This document shows, one piece after another, positions 10,712-22,229 of a DNA stretch of 64,000 nucleotides. The position numbers and the translations under genes were made by a program. The first letter of the stretch is position 1, and every line of letters begins with the position of its first letter. The DNA is taken from contig CAVVPN010000003.1 in assembly GCA_963750165.1 (NCBI GenBank), positions 480,001 through 544,000 of the forward strand. Direction: 5' to 3'. The DNA is from an uncultured Gemmataceae bacterium (GTDB lineage: Bacteria > Planctomycetota > Planctomycetia > Gemmatales > Gemmataceae). The notes beneath the pieces were generated by a model that saw nothing but the letters and a program-made list of their open reading frames with translations, made no database searches and was not told the origin of the DNA.

Positions 10712-10912
10712 TCACTCCGTGTCGGGCATCGGCTGGTACGGCTCCCAACCTTGCCACTCGTGATACTGCCGCATGGCGTCTTCCCAGGTCGGTGCCTCGA
10801 ACACCTTCAAGCAGTGCAGGAGTCCATCCGCCGCCCGCAGGGTCTCGGGCAACTCACAGCCCGCGATGAACGTGTCCGCGACACCGCCCTTGCCCCACGC
10901 AGAGTATTGCAC
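10712..10912 (-). CDS. Small hypothetical protein
   Basis: 66-aa ORF with purine-rich RBS, ending WEDAMRQYHEWQGWEPYQPM; co-oriented behind the HD gene. Confidence 0.55.
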   Translation of the reverse strand: MQYSAWGKGGVADTFIAGCELPETLRAADGLLHCLKVFEAPTWEDAMRQYHEWQGWEPYQPMPDTE

Positions 10913-10936
10913 GGCTTCCCCTCTGGCGAACTGAGG

Positions 10937-11431
10937 TCACGCACCCCGACTGCGCTGGTACGCCCACTCGATGGTTGATTTCTTCCGGGCAAACTCCGTG
11001 CAGAGGTAAATCGGGTTCGGTCGAATCCGCACCCGGCCAAGGTCGAGCCGATCCGCGTCCCAGCAGGTGACCACGGTCACATCGCCGCGGATCTGGCCCA
11101 GCGCGTGATCGCGGATCGCCAGGTGCAGAAGGGCGAAATCCTCGTCGCCCAGGTGAAGCAGCGTGCCGCGCAGCGACTCGGCGAACTCCGCCGCCCGTTC
11201 GCCGTGGCCGGGGTCGCTGCCGTCGTCTTCCCGACAGCAGTCGTGCAGGAAGGCGAACAACTCGACGATCAACGGGTTGGCCCCGCTGTGCCGGGCGATG
11301 CGCACGCCATTCTCGCGGACGCGCTGCCAGTGGGACACGCCATGAATGCCGCGCAGGTTCATGACGAAGCGCTTCCGGACGGCCTGCACCACTTGCTCGA
11401 AATCCGTCTTGCGCGGGTTGTCGCTGGACAT
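10937..11431 (-). CDS. HD-domain protein
   Basis: HGVSHWQRV, FAFLHDCCR, CWDADRLDLGRV. Confidence 0.85.
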   Translation of the reverse strand: MSSDNPRKTDFEQVVQAVRKRFVMNLRGIHGVSHWQRVRENGVRIARHSGANPLIVELFAFLHDCCREDDGSDPGHGERAAEFAESLRGTLLHLGDEDFALLHLAIRDHALGQIRGDVTVVTCWDADRLDLGRVRIRPNPIYLCTEFARKKSTIEWAYQRSRGA

Positions 11432-11516
11432 CGGTAGCTCACAATTGGGTAGAGGTTTTCAGCCCAGGGAAGGACACCGCCGTGGAGCCAGGGTTCGGGC
11501 CGACCGCAGCCCCGAT

Positions 11517-12496
11517 TCAACCCGATTGCCCATTTCCCGACAGCGGCGCCGGCGCTGGTGCCTGGTGCAGCAGCCGTGCGAACGCCCCCTCGCCGCCGTC
11601 CTTGCGCCAGTGCGCCCACCACGCCTCGAAGCGCTTGCGCTCCTGGGGCAACCGCTCCTCGTGGAAGTGCAGCAGTCCCTCAATGCCCGCTTTGAAGCGC
11701 TTCCACTCCTTCGGCAGTCGCGCCTGCAGCGCCCGGGCCAGGTCGCGCAGCCGGGCCGTGGCCACGTGACTGTCGTTGGCCCGGCCCAGGATTTCCTGCA
11801 TCTCCTCGACCGCGGCATAGTGGACGGATCGGAACTCCGGCGCGAAGCAGTCCGCGAACACCTCCATCGCGTAGCGCAGCCGCTTGCCCACGAGGCGCAC
11901 CCGGTGCAGGTGTTCGTAGTCATGCAGGTCGCGTGTGCCGGCCAGGGTCAGTTCCTGGAGCAGGGCCAGCAACACCGGCCGGGCAAGGTCCAGCAGCGTC
12001 GCCGTGCCGGGGCCAGGGTCGCGAAGCGCCGCCAGCGTCTCGAACTGCAGGCGGTCGAACGGCGCCGGGAACTCCGGGTTGGCCGCGAGCAGATGCTCCT
12101 GGGCCCGCTCGCGCTGCACCAGGGCGTGGCCGCACAGGAAGTCCAGCCCCGGCCGCTGCCGCGCCGGCCGCCCGACCCCCTCCCGGGCCAGCGCCTCCAA
12201 AAACACGTCCCAGTCCCGGGCCTCTCCCGCGGCGCGGCGCACGGTCCGCAGCTGCTTGGCGCGGTTCGGTACACCTTCTTCGGCAGGCACAGCCCAAAAA
12301 TATCCAGGGCGGAGCCGGCCCGGCGGCTGCCGACGCGCAACTGGTGGACGTATTCGGTGTCCTGCTCCGAGTCGCGCAACGCCAACTCAAGGTGGTCGCG
12401 CACCGCCTGCAGCCGCAGCCCGAGCACCCGGCGGGCGGCGTCCGCCACCGGCGTCGCCGCTGTCAATTCGCTGATCCATTTGCCGACTGTCGCCAT
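11517..12496 (-). CDS. CHAD-domain protein (frameshift near 12290)
   Basis: YVHQLRVGSRR in the 5' frame; RDWDVF, LHRVRLVGKRLRYAMEVF, QEILGRAND in the 3' frame. Confidence 0.85.
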
Positions 12497-12650
12497 GCCA
12501 CCTCCTGGCTGAATCGTTCGGCACCATTGTACGCGGCGGCCGACTTATCGGGGAATGCGGATCGGGCCAAGGTCCATTGACCCCGCCGCGCCGCTCTGGC
12601 ATCATGCCCTGCCAATACCCCGGGACGCCCTCGGCACACGGAGGTTGCCA

Positions 12651-14278
12651 ATGCCGGCCGCCGCTCCGCCCTGCCCGCGCACGCTGCGCAACTGCCTGCC
12701 CTTCCTCTGGACGCACACCCTCTTCCCCGCGGCGCCGGCACCGGCCGGTCGTCCACGTGTCGCGGCCGTGCTGCTCCTGCTGCTGCTGCCGGCGGCGCTG
12801 CTCTACCCGTGCCTGTCGTTCTACCTCTTCGAGCCGGACGAGGGCCGCTACGCCGAGATCCCGCGCGAGATGTTGCAGCGCGGCGACTGGGTGGTGCCGC
12901 ACCTGTTCGGCGCACCCTACCTCGACAAGCCGCCGCTGTGCTACTGGCTGGTGACGGCCAGCTACGCCGCCTTCGGCACGCACGACTGGTCGGCGCGACT
13001 GGTGCCGGCGCTGGCGGTCCACCTGGCGGTACTGCTGACGTACCTGCTCGGCTGCCGCGGCCTTGGCGAACGCACCGCCTTCTTCGGAGCGCTGCTGCTG
13101 GCGCTGGCGCCGGGCTTTTTCGGCATGGGCCGGCTGCTGCTGCTCGACGGTCTGCTGGCGCTGTGGGTGACGCTGGCATTGTTCGCCGGCTTTGAGGCGC
13201 TTCGTGCGGCCCCGCTGCGGCGCGGCTGGTGGCTGCTGGCGGCGGCGGCGTGCGGCCTCGGCGTGCTGACCAAGGGGCCGGTGATTCTGCTGCTGGCGCT
13301 GCCGCCGTGGTGCCTGTACGCGCGGTTGACGCCGGGCGCCGCACGGCCATCATGGCGGGCCTGGGCGACGTTCGCGGCGGTGGTGCTGGCGCTGCCGCTG
13401 CCGTGGCTCGTCGCGATGTGCTTACGCTCCCCCGACTTCGCGCAGCACTTCTTCTGGGAGCACAACGTCGTCCGCTTCCTGAGTCCGTTCGACCACCTGG
13501 AGCCGGTGTGGTTCTACGGTCCCATCCTGCTGTGGGGCCTGCTGCCGGCGACGCTGCTGCTCTGGCCGTTCCTGCGCTTCCTGGCGTCCGGCGACGCGGC
13601 CCAATACCGCTGTCCGGCGCTGGGCTTCACGCTGCTGGCGGGCGGCTGGGGCGTGCTGTTCTTCTCGCTCTCCGGTTGCAAACTGCCGACGTATGTGCTG
13701 CCGGCGTTCCCGCCGCTGGCGCTGGCGCTCGGGCGCTTCCTGACAGTGACGCGCTGGGGCGCGGGCGGGCACTGGCGGGGCTGCTGACGCTGGGGCTGGT
13801 GGTGCAGGCGGCCAGTCATTACGTGGTGGTGCCGTGGTATGCAGCCTACCGCTCGCCGGCGGACCAGTGGCCGGAGATCGCCAGGCACTGCGGCGACCGC
13901 GACACGCCGGTGCTGTGCTACCCGCGCATGGCCCATTCGGTAGCGTTCTACCTGGAGCGCAACGACGTGCGCAGTTACCGCAGCAAGGAAGTCGCGCTGT
14001 TGCTTCAAGAACTGCGAGCGCGACCGCGGACGGTGGTGCTGTGTACACACCGGCACTCGCTGCAGGCGCTGCGGCAGTTTTTGCCGGCGGACCTGCGCGT
14101 GGTGGAGCAGACGCACTTCGGGCTGAAATTGCCGGGGTTGAGGGACGCGGTGGCGCGGCAGGTCAACGCGCGCCTGGGCGAGACGGCGCTGGGGCTGTGC
14201 GATCTGGTGGTGGTCGAGCGCGTTGGGCCGCCGCGGGTCACGGAGGTCGGCGCGGCGTTCGAGGCGGAGTGGCCGTGA
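12651..14278 (+). CDS. ArnT/GT39-like membrane glycosyltransferase (frameshift near 13780)
   Basis: EPDEGRYAEIPREM, YLDKPPL, LTKGPV, KLPTYVLP; multiple TM segments. Confidence 0.88.
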
Positions 14279-14570
14279 GGGGCTATCGTGGTTATCTGAA
14301 CTGTCGCACGTTTTCATGAACAGATGCGCACTGGCAGTTTTGACCGTCGGCCCGTGAAAGGGAAAGGGGTTCCTCAGCCCCGAAGCGCGGCGGGCGGTTC
14401 GCGCCGGGATAAGCGGGTTCCTGAAACAATTCCTGGAGTCGAACCCGTCCTTTCTCGATTTCGCCCTGCGCCGGCAAACCTCGTAGGAAGAACGGAACGG
14501 GACGGTCGCGTGATCCAGGTTTGAAAGCGCCGCGCAGACAGCAGCGGGTACACATCCTTCGGAGGCATCC

Positions 14571-14993
14571 GTGACGACGTTTCTGGAATCCGCCCAACAA
14601 ATGCTACGGGGCGAGCAGCAACCGCCGCCCATCGCCTGCCTGCTGGGGTTCACGCTGAAGGCCATCGAGCCGGGGCGGGCCGTCTTCGAGCTGGCGGTGG
14701 ACGCGCGGCACCACAACCCGATGGGCACGCTGCACGGCGGCGTCTACTGCGACCTGGCCGACGCCGCGATGGGCTACGCCTACGCCGCCACGCTCCCGGA
14801 GGGCGAGAGCTTCACCACCATCGAGTTGAAAATCAACTTCCTGCGGGCGGTGCGGCAGGCGACGCTGACCGCCGAGGCGACGGTCATCAAGGCCGGCTCC
14901 ACGCTGGGCTACGTCGAATGTGAGGTCAAGGACGAGCAGGGCCGACTGGTCGCCAGGGCGTCGAGCACCTGCATGAAGCTGAAACGCGAATGA
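14571..14993 (+). CDS. PaaI family thioesterase
   Basis: HHNPMGTLHGGVYCDLADAAMG, TTIELKINFLRAV. Confidence 0.92.
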   Translation: MTTFLESAQQMLRGEQQPPPIACLLGFTLKAIEPGRAVFELAVDARHHNPMGTLHGGVYCDLADAAMGYAYAATLPEGESFTTIELKINFLRAVRQATLTAEATVIKAGSTLGYVECEVKDEQGRLVARASSTCMKLKRE

Positions 14994-15005
14994 GGGCAAG
15001 ACGGC

Positions 15006-15386
15006 TCACTCGGTCACGGTGATGTTCCACGACCGGGCGGCGCCGTCGGGGTCGAGCGGGTTGATGCCCTCGACGTGGAACCGGCCCACCTTCTCGGCCC
15101 GGTAGATGTAACTGATGGTCTTCCACGAGATGGAGTAGGACGGCAACTCCGGGGACACGCCGTTGACGCGCACGACACACGCGACGGGGCCATCGCCCTT
15201 GGGGCCGAGTGGTAGGTGCAGCACATCGCCGACCTGCGCCGTGACCTCGACCTGGCCCACCGGCACGTCGGTCCAGGTCGCCACTTCGAGGAAGTTGCCG
15301 GAGGGCGAGTTTAGCACGAACGCCCAGCCCGTACAGCCGACAGCCGTGCCGATCAGCGCCGCCACCGCCAGTGAGAGCAGTCGCAT
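15006..15386 (-). CDS. Hypothetical secreted or lipoprotein
   Basis: AAGGAG RBS; MRLLSLAVAALIGTAVGC signal-like N-terminus; beta-rich remainder. Confidence 0.6.
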   Translation of the reverse strand: MRLLSLAVAALIGTAVGCTGWAFVLNSPSGNFLEVATWTDVPVGQVEVTAQVGDVLHLPLGPKGDGPVACVVRVNGVSPELPSYSISWKTISYIYRAEKVGRFHVEGINPLDPDGAARSWNITVTE

Positions 15387-15450
15387 AGCGACTCCTTTGC
15401 TTTTGGGATGGCGGCTTGTATCCGCGATCGGTCGCGCGGTCAAGGGCTGT

Positions 15451-15512
15451 TTCGTGGTGCAGGCGTCTCGCCTGCGGATCCGGTTCCGCAGGCGGGACGC
15501 CTGCACCACGAA
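15451..15512. repeat. REP-like palindrome
   Basis: TTCGTGGTGCAGGCGTCTCGCCTGCGG / CCGCAGGCGGGACGCCTGCACCACGAA. Confidence 0.85.
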
Positions 15513-15518
15513 GAATGG

Positions 15519-16886
15519 TCAGACCACCTCGGGCATTGGGCTCACGTCCTGATCGACCAGGTACTGCGGCCGGCCGTTGGGGTCGAAGACGCGCACCACG
15601 TTGGGGTTCAGCCCAATGTTGCGGTACAGCGTGGCGAACACCTCCTGGAAGCGCACCGGCCGCCGTGCCGCGGTGCCGCCCTGGCGGTCGGTGGCGCCGA
15701 TGACCTGGCCCGTCCGCATGCCGCCGCCGGCCAGCAGCGCACAGGACACCTGCGGCCAGTGGTCGCGGCTGGCGTTGCGGTTGATGCGCGGCGTGCGGCC
15801 GAACTCGCCCCAGACCACCACCGACACGTCGCGGTCCAGGCCGCGCACGTGCAGGTCGCTGACCAGCGCCGAGACGCCCGAATCGAGCAGCGGGTGGTTC
15901 TTGCGGCACTCCGGGAAGTTCATGCCATCCGGCCCGTGCCAGTCCCAGCGGCTGAAGTTGAGCGTCACCACACGGGCGCCCGCCTCGACCAGTCGCCGCG
16001 CCACCAGCAGGTTGCGGATCATGCGCGGCGCCCCGTCACGCTGGAAAGTCGGGTCGTCGGTGCCGTAGTTTGCCAGCACGCGCGGATCCTCGCGCGACAC
16101 GTCCAGCGCGTCCACCAGCCGCGATGACGTGAGGATGCCCATCGCCTGTTGTGTGAAGGCGTCCATGCCGTCCATGGTGCCGCGCGTGTCGATCTGGCGG
16201 TTGAGCGTGTCGAAGGAGCGCAGCAGCCGCGTGCGCTCGTGCAGGCGGTCGAGGGTGATGCCCTGCAACGTCATGCCGGCGGCCTGCATGCTGCCGCGGC
16301 GGCCGACGAGGTTGAACGGGTTGTGGCCCATGCCCAGAAAGCCGCCGCCGTATGGGTCGCCCCAGCGCGACTCGCCCGTGGCGTACATCAGCGACAGGTT
16401 CGGCGGCACATCAATGTTCGTCGGCCCCTGGAAGCGCGACACCCACGAGCCCATCATCGGCCAGTAGGCGGCGGTCTGCGGCGTCTTGCGGCGGCCGGTC
16501 ATGCACTGGAACGAGTCGTGCAGGCCGTCGCAATCGACCAGCGAGCGGATGAAAATGAACTTGTCCGCCATGCGGGCGATGCGCGGGAATAACTCGCAGA
16601 TTTGAATGCCGGGCACGTTGGTCGCGATCGGGTTGAACTCGCCGCGGATTTCGCGCGGCGCCTCGGTCTTGATGTCCCACATATCCAGGTGCGGCGGACC
16701 ACCCGGCAGGTAGATGTTGATGATGGCCTTGTGCTGGCTGCCGCGATCCTGGTTGGCCTCGGCGCGCAGCAACTGCGGCAGCATCAGGCCGCCGGCGACG
16801 GAACCGCCGATGGTGAGGAAGTCGCGGCGCGTCAGGCCGTCGCAGAACCCGCCGTTGCGGTTCGGTTTGCCGAAGATCGTCAACAT
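15519..16886 (-). CDS. DUF1501 family protein (Tat-like RRDFL)
   Basis: CDGLTRRDFL, YLPGGPPHLDMWD, WDWH, WGEFGRTPRIN, RDHWP. Confidence 0.92.
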   Translation of the reverse strand: MLTIFGKPNRNGGFCDGLTRRDFLTIGGSVAGGLMLPQLLRAEANQDRGSQHKAIINIYLPGGPPHLDMWDIKTEAPREIRGEFNPIATNVPGIQICELFPRIARMADKFIFIRSLVDCDGLHDSFQCMTGRRKTPQTAAYWPMMGSWVSRFQGPTNIDVPPNLSLMYATGESRWGDPYGGGFLGMGHNPFNLVGRRGSMQAAGMTLQGITLDRLHERTRLLRSFDTLNRQIDTRGTMDGMDAFTQQAMGILTSSRLVDALDVSREDPRVLANYGTDDPTFQRDGAPRMIRNLLVARRLVEAGARVVTLNFSRWDWHGPDGMNFPECRKNHPLLDSGVSALVSDLHVRGLDRDVSVVVWGEFGRTPRINRNASRDHWPQVSCALLAGGGMRTGQVIGATDRQGGTAARRPVRFQEVFATLYRNIGLNPNVVRVFDPNGRPQYLVDQDVSPMPEVV

Positions 16887-17117
16887 GGAGACTGCCTTTC
16901 CGGTGGGGGTCACGGGGTTCGGAGCGGGTGGTGGGAGGGAGACCAGCCCGGCAGGTTTATTTCTTTCTGTACTTTATCAACCCGTGCGCCCGCAGGCAAA
17001 GGAAAAGCGAGCATCTGCGCGACCGTACGGGCCCCAAGAACGGAACGGGCCCGGTCCGGTTTTCCGAAAACGGAAACCAAACCGAGCCCGTAGTGCAGTT
17101 GCTCACGGCGCCGGCGC

Positions 17118-18024
17118 TCACGCGGCCTGCGGGCCGCGGGTGAACCGTGACCGTAGGCGGCGCCACGCCCCGGTCATCCCCAAAGCGGACAGGCTCAGTC
17201 CCATCAGGGCCAGGGAGGTCGGTTCGGGGGTGTTGACGAGCGCGACCGTGCTCAACTCGACGTAGTCGAAGGCGGTGTACGGTTCGTTGGGGGCATTGAA
17301 GTCCACTTTGAGGTAGCCTTCGTTGCCGGTGAACACGTCGCTGTAATTCAGCACGGCCGTGGCCGACTGGATCAGGCCGTCCTGATTGCCCCCCTGCGTC
17401 ATCACGTTGATCGTGTCCTTCGAGCCGTCGAGCCGGGTGATCTGGATCGTGGCCGGCGTCACGTCGTAGTCACCGAAGACGAGGTTGAAGTAGATGGGGT
17501 TCGCCGGGTTGAACTGGCTCGGGTCAATGGTGAAATCGAAGACGAAGCCCGGCTGGTTCGGCAGAACCCCTGGAGACCCGTCGGGGAACGCGCCGCCCGC
17601 GCCGTATTGCGGGTTGGCGGCGGTGCCGCCGACAAAGACCTGGTTGTTGGCCTGGCTGGTGCCGTAGCTGGTCGAGAGCGAAATGTCCGTGTACTTCGAG
17701 CCCGTCGTCCCCGAATTAATGGCGGTCACGCCGGCGCCTGCAAAGTTCAGCGCGTCATTCTTGGCCATCGTGCTCCGCAGGTCGAAGTCGTCGCCCGAGC
17801 CGGTCGCCACAGACCCATTCCTGTTCAGGTCCGGCAAGAAATCGCCGTTGGTCAACACAGCGGAGTTGAGCGGGTTCACGGACCCACCGTTGGCCGCCTT
17901 GAAGCCGTCGCCATTGCCGTAACCGAAGCCGTTGATGTCGCCGATCTGCACGATCATCCCGGCGCGCACCTCAGCCTGCGCTGAGGGTTAGCAGGGCAAG
18001 CCCTGCGATGAAGAACCTCTGCAT
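17118..18024 (-). CDS. PEP-CTERM sorting domain protein (frameshift in the signal peptide near 17975)
   Basis: C-terminal TPEPTSLALMGLSLSALGMTGAWRRLR; upstream MQRFFIAGLALLTLSA lies in a shifted frame. Confidence 0.85.
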
Positions 18025-18248
18025 CACACACTCCCACGATCAAACAAACGGGCACCGCTTGTGAACGTAAGAAGAGGACTGTTGTAGTGTTTCAAAATGA
18101 TAGGAGGAGTAGAACACGCTACAGACACCAAGTCAAGCGAAAATCTTTTTCTTTTTTTCGCCGCTTTAGCACTTGAACCTTCACGCGAAGCGGCCATCCG
18201 CAGAGCGATGGACCGGGCGCTTTGGCGCTTCCTGCTGTGAAAGACGCT

Positions 18249-18307
18249 CCGTGGCACAGGCGTCCCGCCTGTGATTCCTCAACACAGCGGGGACGTCTGT
18301 GCCACGG
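18249..18307. repeat. REP-like palindrome
   Basis: CCGTGGCACAGGCGTCCCGCCTGTG / CACAGCGGGGACGTCTGTGCCACGG; related to the 15451 copy. Confidence 0.8.
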
Positions 18308-18322
18308 AGGCGGGGTGTTGGT

Positions 18323-19170
18323 TCACTTCACGTTCTTCAATGGATGCAGCTCGATCTTGCGGAAGAACACCTCGGCCCCCTCGGACTGGAAGAGAATCTT
18401 GCCCCTGGTGTGGGAGCAATTGGTGCCGTGGTTGACCACTTTGCCGTTGAGGATGTTGGTGATCTCGCCGCCGTTGCAGACGCACTCCAGCTTGTTCCAC
18501 TCGCCGACGGGGTTCTCGACGTCGTTCTTGCCGCGGAAACCGACCTTGTCCGCGAAATTCGGATCGCGGCCGGACCAGTTAATGCGGCCGCCCTTGAACT
18601 CCTTCGCCGGCGCCTTGGGGTTGTAGTACCACTCCTTGTGCTCCTTCGGCACGAAGTTCAACCGCTGCTCCGCGGTGACCGTCAGCCGCGGCGTGTTTTT
18701 CCCGCTCACCAGGATGAAGTCGCCGGTGCCGCCCTCGATCATCTGGCACTCGATCGACTCCAGCCAGACGCCGCCCGCCGCGCCGTCCGCGCCGACGCAG
18801 TGCAGCAGAATGCCGCTGTCGCGCGCTCCCTTTTGCGCGGCGGCCAGGTCTTCGGGCCCCACTTGAACTCCACCACCAAGCGGTAGTTCTCGTACTCCTT
18901 CTCAGTGACGAAGCAGCCGAACACCTTGCCCGAGACGCGAATCATGCCGTCCTGGACCGTGAACACCTTCTCGGGATCGTTGTTCTTGCCGTACTTCGGC
19001 TTGCCCTTCTCCGGCGCGCCCAGGTAGGTGTAGAAGTTCGTCAGGTCCTTGCCGTTGAACAGCTTGATGACCTGCTTGACCTCATCGGCCTGCGCCGGCC
19101 GTCCGCTCGACGGCGCCAGACACGCCATCAGCGCCAGCGCCGCCCCGCCCGCCCATACCCAGCGTTTCAT
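18323..19170 (-). CDS. DUF1080 (3-keto-disaccharide hydrolase-like) protein (frameshift near 18860)
   Basis: Signal peptide, LFNGKDLTNF, YENYRLVVEFKWG, DSGILLH, GEWN, GKILFQSEGAEVFFRKIEL. Confidence 0.88.
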
Positions 19171-19198
19171 GCCTCGTCCTTTCGTCTGTGACTGTGGA

Positions 19199-19230
19199 CT
19201 CCCCTCGCCCCCTGAAGGGGGCGAGGGGAG
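19199..19230. repeat. Short GC palindrome (CCCCTC/GAGGGG family)
   Basis: CTCCCCTCGCCCCC-TGAA-GGGGGCGAGGGGAG. Confidence 0.7.
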
Positions 19231-19242
19231 CAAGACCAAAAC

Positions 19243-20826
19243 TCACGCCCCCTGCTTGCCCCTGTCCGGTTCCGCCCGACCGCCCAGCCGGCGCAGATGC
19301 AGCCCCAGCGCCGTCAGCGCCGAACTCCACAGCACACCGAAGGCCACCGGCGCCCACTCCAGCCGCAGCGCCATCAGCACCGCGACGCTGAAGAAGATCA
19401 CGCCGATGGCGTAACAGCGGCCCCAGTAATTGCTGCCCATCACGAAGAACGCCAGGCCCGACAGCACTCCCGAGAGCGGGTACAACACCAGGTCCTGCCA
19501 GTGCTCCGGCGCCGCCGGCCCCGGTTGCAGCACGTCCTGCCACACCAGCACGCGCATCAGCAAGAAATTCACACCGTAGGCCGCCAGGTAGCCGAGCCAG
19601 ATCGTCCACAGCTCGCGCTCCGCCGGGCTGGTCGGCAGCAGACGATCGCTGCGGTTCCACCAGAACAGCGCCCCGATGAGCACGAACTGCGACACCCGCG
19701 CCACCGCCACCAGCCCCGACGGCTGCCGCGTCTGCGTCAGCACGAAAATCAGCAGGTGCTCCGCCAGGACGATGCCCGCGGTCGTCAGCACCATCGCGCT
19801 CCAGGTGTGGAACGCCACGTCGTGCTGACTGCGGTCCAGGGCGCGCGTCAGCCAGTCGAGCATGTTGGCGCAGCGTGCCGAGATGCTCTCACCGTTCAGG
19901 TAGCGCTGCAGGTCCTCGGCCAGCGCCTCCGCGGTGAGGTAGCGGTGCCGCGGGTCCTTGTCCAGGCACTTCAGGCAGATGGTTTGCAGGTCGGCGTCCA
20001 CCTTGGGGTTGAGCAGCCGTGGCGGCACTGGGTCGCGCTCCAGCACCTGCATAACCGTGTCCATCGGCGTCTCGGAACGGAACGGCGGCCGGCCGGTCAG
20101 CAGTTCGTAGAGCACGGCGCCGAGGCCGTACACGTCCGTCCAGGGGCCGAGATCCTTGATCTTGCCGGCGGCCTGCTCGGGGGCCATGTAGCTGGGTGTG
20201 CCGAGCACGGCGCCGGTGCGCGTCTGGCCGGAGTCGCCGCCCAGGCGCTTGGCCAGGCCGAAATCGGTGACCTGCGGTTCGTCGCTGGCATCGACCAGGA
20301 TGTTCGATGGCTTCAGGTCGCGGTGCAGGATGTTGTGGCGGTGGGCGAAGTGGACGGCCCGTGCGGTCAGCTGCACATAGCGGGCGGCAACGCGGCTCGG
20401 CAGCGGTCCGGTGGCCAGGCGCTGGGCCAACGTGGTGCCCTCGATGAACTCCATGCTGAAATAATGCTGGCCGTCCAGTTCGCCCACGTCGTAGACCGTG
20501 ACGATGTTCGGGTGCGACAGTTTGGCCGCCGCCTCGGCCTCGGTGCGGAAGCGGGCCAGGTCGTCCGGCGTCGCCAGGCGGCCCGCGAGGATCATCTTCA
20601 GTGCCACGATGCGGTCGAGCGTTTTTTGTCGTGCCTTGTAAACGACGCCCATGCCGCCGCGGGCGATCTCCGCGAGCAGTTCGTAGTCGCCGAAGGTGGT
20701 GTTGGGCTGAAAGGGGCCGGGGCCGTGCGGCGAATCGAGCTGCGTCAGCTGATCGGGGTCCACGGGCGGCCCGATGGCCACGGTGGCCGGGCTCTTGGAG
20801 TCGGCGGCAGGCAACCTATCGGCCAT
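19243..20826 (-). CDS. Ser/Thr protein kinase with C-terminal multi-TM domain
   Basis: [26 protein letters not shown]; about six hydrophobic segments at the C-terminus. Confidence 0.92.
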   Translation of the reverse strand: MADRLPAADSKSPATVAIGPPVDPDQLTQLDSPHGPGPFQPNTTFGDYELLAEIARGGMGVVYKARQKTLDRIVALKMILAGRLATPDDLARFRTEAEAAAKLSHPNIVTVYDVGELDGQHYFSMEFIEGTTLAQRLATGPLPSRVAARYVQLTARAVHFAHRHNILHRDLKPSNILVDASDEPQVTDFGLAKRLGGDSGQTRTGAVLGTPSYMAPEQAAGKIKDLGPWTDVYGLGAVLYELLTGRPPFRSETPMDTVMQVLERDPVPPRLLNPKVDADLQTICLKCLDKDPRHRYLTAEALAEDLQRYLNGESISARCANMLDWLTRALDRSQHDVAFHTWSAMVLTTAGIVLAEHLLIFVLTQTRQPSGLVAVARVSQFVLIGALFWWNRSDRLLPTSPAERELWTIWLGYLAAYGVNFLLMRVLVWQDVLQPGPAAPEHWQDLVLYPLSGVLSGLAFFVMGSNYWGRCYAIGVIFFSVAVLMALRLEWAPVAFGVLWSSALTALGLHLRRLGGRAEPDRGKQGA

Positions 20827-20962
20827 GTCTCGATCTCAACGCGGTGACGACGCAGGGGTGTATGGTTGAATGTAGGAGCCGCCGGCTCGCGACGCAATGG
20901 CCTGGCCGGCTATCATAGCAAATGAACCTCGCCCCCAGTTGCTCATGGAGAGGAGACGCATC

Positions 20963-22138
20963 ATGAACCCGTCCGACGCGGCCCGGCTGCTGGCCGACGT
21001 GGAGGCCTTCTGCCAGGACATCCACGATATTGAAGAACTGTGCTACGTCGAGCACAGGTACAACGACCAGCTGATCCCGCTGGCGAAGAAGCATAACGTT
21101 CTGGGCATGCCAGTGCCAGCGGCTTACGGCGGCCGCGGCGCCGACACCGTGACCTATGCCCGCGCCCTGGCGCGCATCGGCCGTGAAGGAACCGGCGTGC
21201 GCACGTTCTTTTCGGGCCACACCTCCATCGGCCAGTATCCCATTTTCAACTGGGGCAACGAGGAGCAGAAGCAGCGTTATTTACCGGCGTCGGTGCGCGG
21301 CGACAAAATCCTGGCGTTCGGCCTGACGGAGCCCGAGGCCGGCAGCAATCCGCTGCAACTGCAGACGACCTACGAGCGCAAGGGCGACAAGTTCCTGCTC
21401 AACGGCGTCAAGTACCTGATCTCGAACGCCGGCATCGCCACGACGGTGGTCACGTTCGCTTACCCCAAAGGCGGCCAGGGCCGCATTAGCGCGTTCATCG
21501 TCGATCTGACGGACGGGCCGACGTGCGTGCGCGAGGACCTGGTGGCCAAGATGGGCATGCCGACCGCAAACACGGGCATGTTCGAGTTCATCAACCACGA
21601 GGTGCCGGCGGCGAACCTGCTCGGCGAGGAGGGCAACGGCTTCCGCATTGCGATGGGCACGCTGGTCAGCGGCCGGTTGAGCGTGGCGTCGGGCTGCCTG
21701 GGCGTCATCGAGGACTGCCTGGCGGAGTCGGTGCACTACGCGCAGGAGCGCGAGCAGCACGGCAAGCCGATCGGCAAGCACCAGCTGGTGCAGGAGCACC
21801 TGGCGCACATCGAGATGGACCGCGTGGCGACGGAGGCGCTGGTGTTCAAGGCGGCGGCGGCGAAGGACCGCAGCGCCGCGGACCCGGGCAACGCGGCACT
21901 GCGGGCCGAGGCGGAACTGCTGGCGGCCCAGGCGAAGCTGTTCGCGTCGAATGCGGCGTGGGACGCGGCGGACCGGGCGGTGCAGGTCTGGGGCGGCAAG
22001 GGCTGGTCGCTGCTGTTCCGACCGGGCCGGCATCTGGTGGATGTGCGCGTGTGCCGGATTTATGAGGGGACGGATGAGATTTTGAAGCTCAAGATCGCAG
22101 CGAGCTTGCTGGGCAAGGAATTCGAGGCGTACAAGTAA
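20963..22138 (+). CDS. Acyl-CoA dehydrogenase
   Basis: FGLTEPEAGSN, LNGVKYLISN, REQHGKPIGKHQLVQ, RIYEGTDEI. Confidence 0.92.
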   Translation: MNPSDAARLLADVEAFCQDIHDIEELCYVEHRYNDQLIPLAKKHNVLGMPVPAAYGGRGADTVTYARALARIGREGTGVRTFFSGHTSIGQYPIFNWGNEEQKQRYLPASVRGDKILAFGLTEPEAGSNPLQLQTTYERKGDKFLLNGVKYLISNAGIATTVVTFAYPKGGQGRISAFIVDLTDGPTCVREDLVAKMGMPTANTGMFEFINHEVPAANLLGEEGNGFRIAMGTLVSGRLSVASGCLGVIEDCLAESVHYAQEREQHGKPIGKHQLVQEHLAHIEMDRVATEALVFKAAAAKDRSAADPGNAALRAEAELLAAQAKLFASNAAWDAADRAVQVWGGKGWSLLFRPGRHLVDVRVCRIYEGTDEILKLKIAASLLGKEFEAYK

Positions 22139-22229
22139 AGGCCCATCCCCGGTCTGGTCGTGGTGCAGGCCCGCCCGCACTCTGGTGGTTGCCGGGGCGG
22201 CTATCAATATGGAAGGGAGGGCAGTAGCC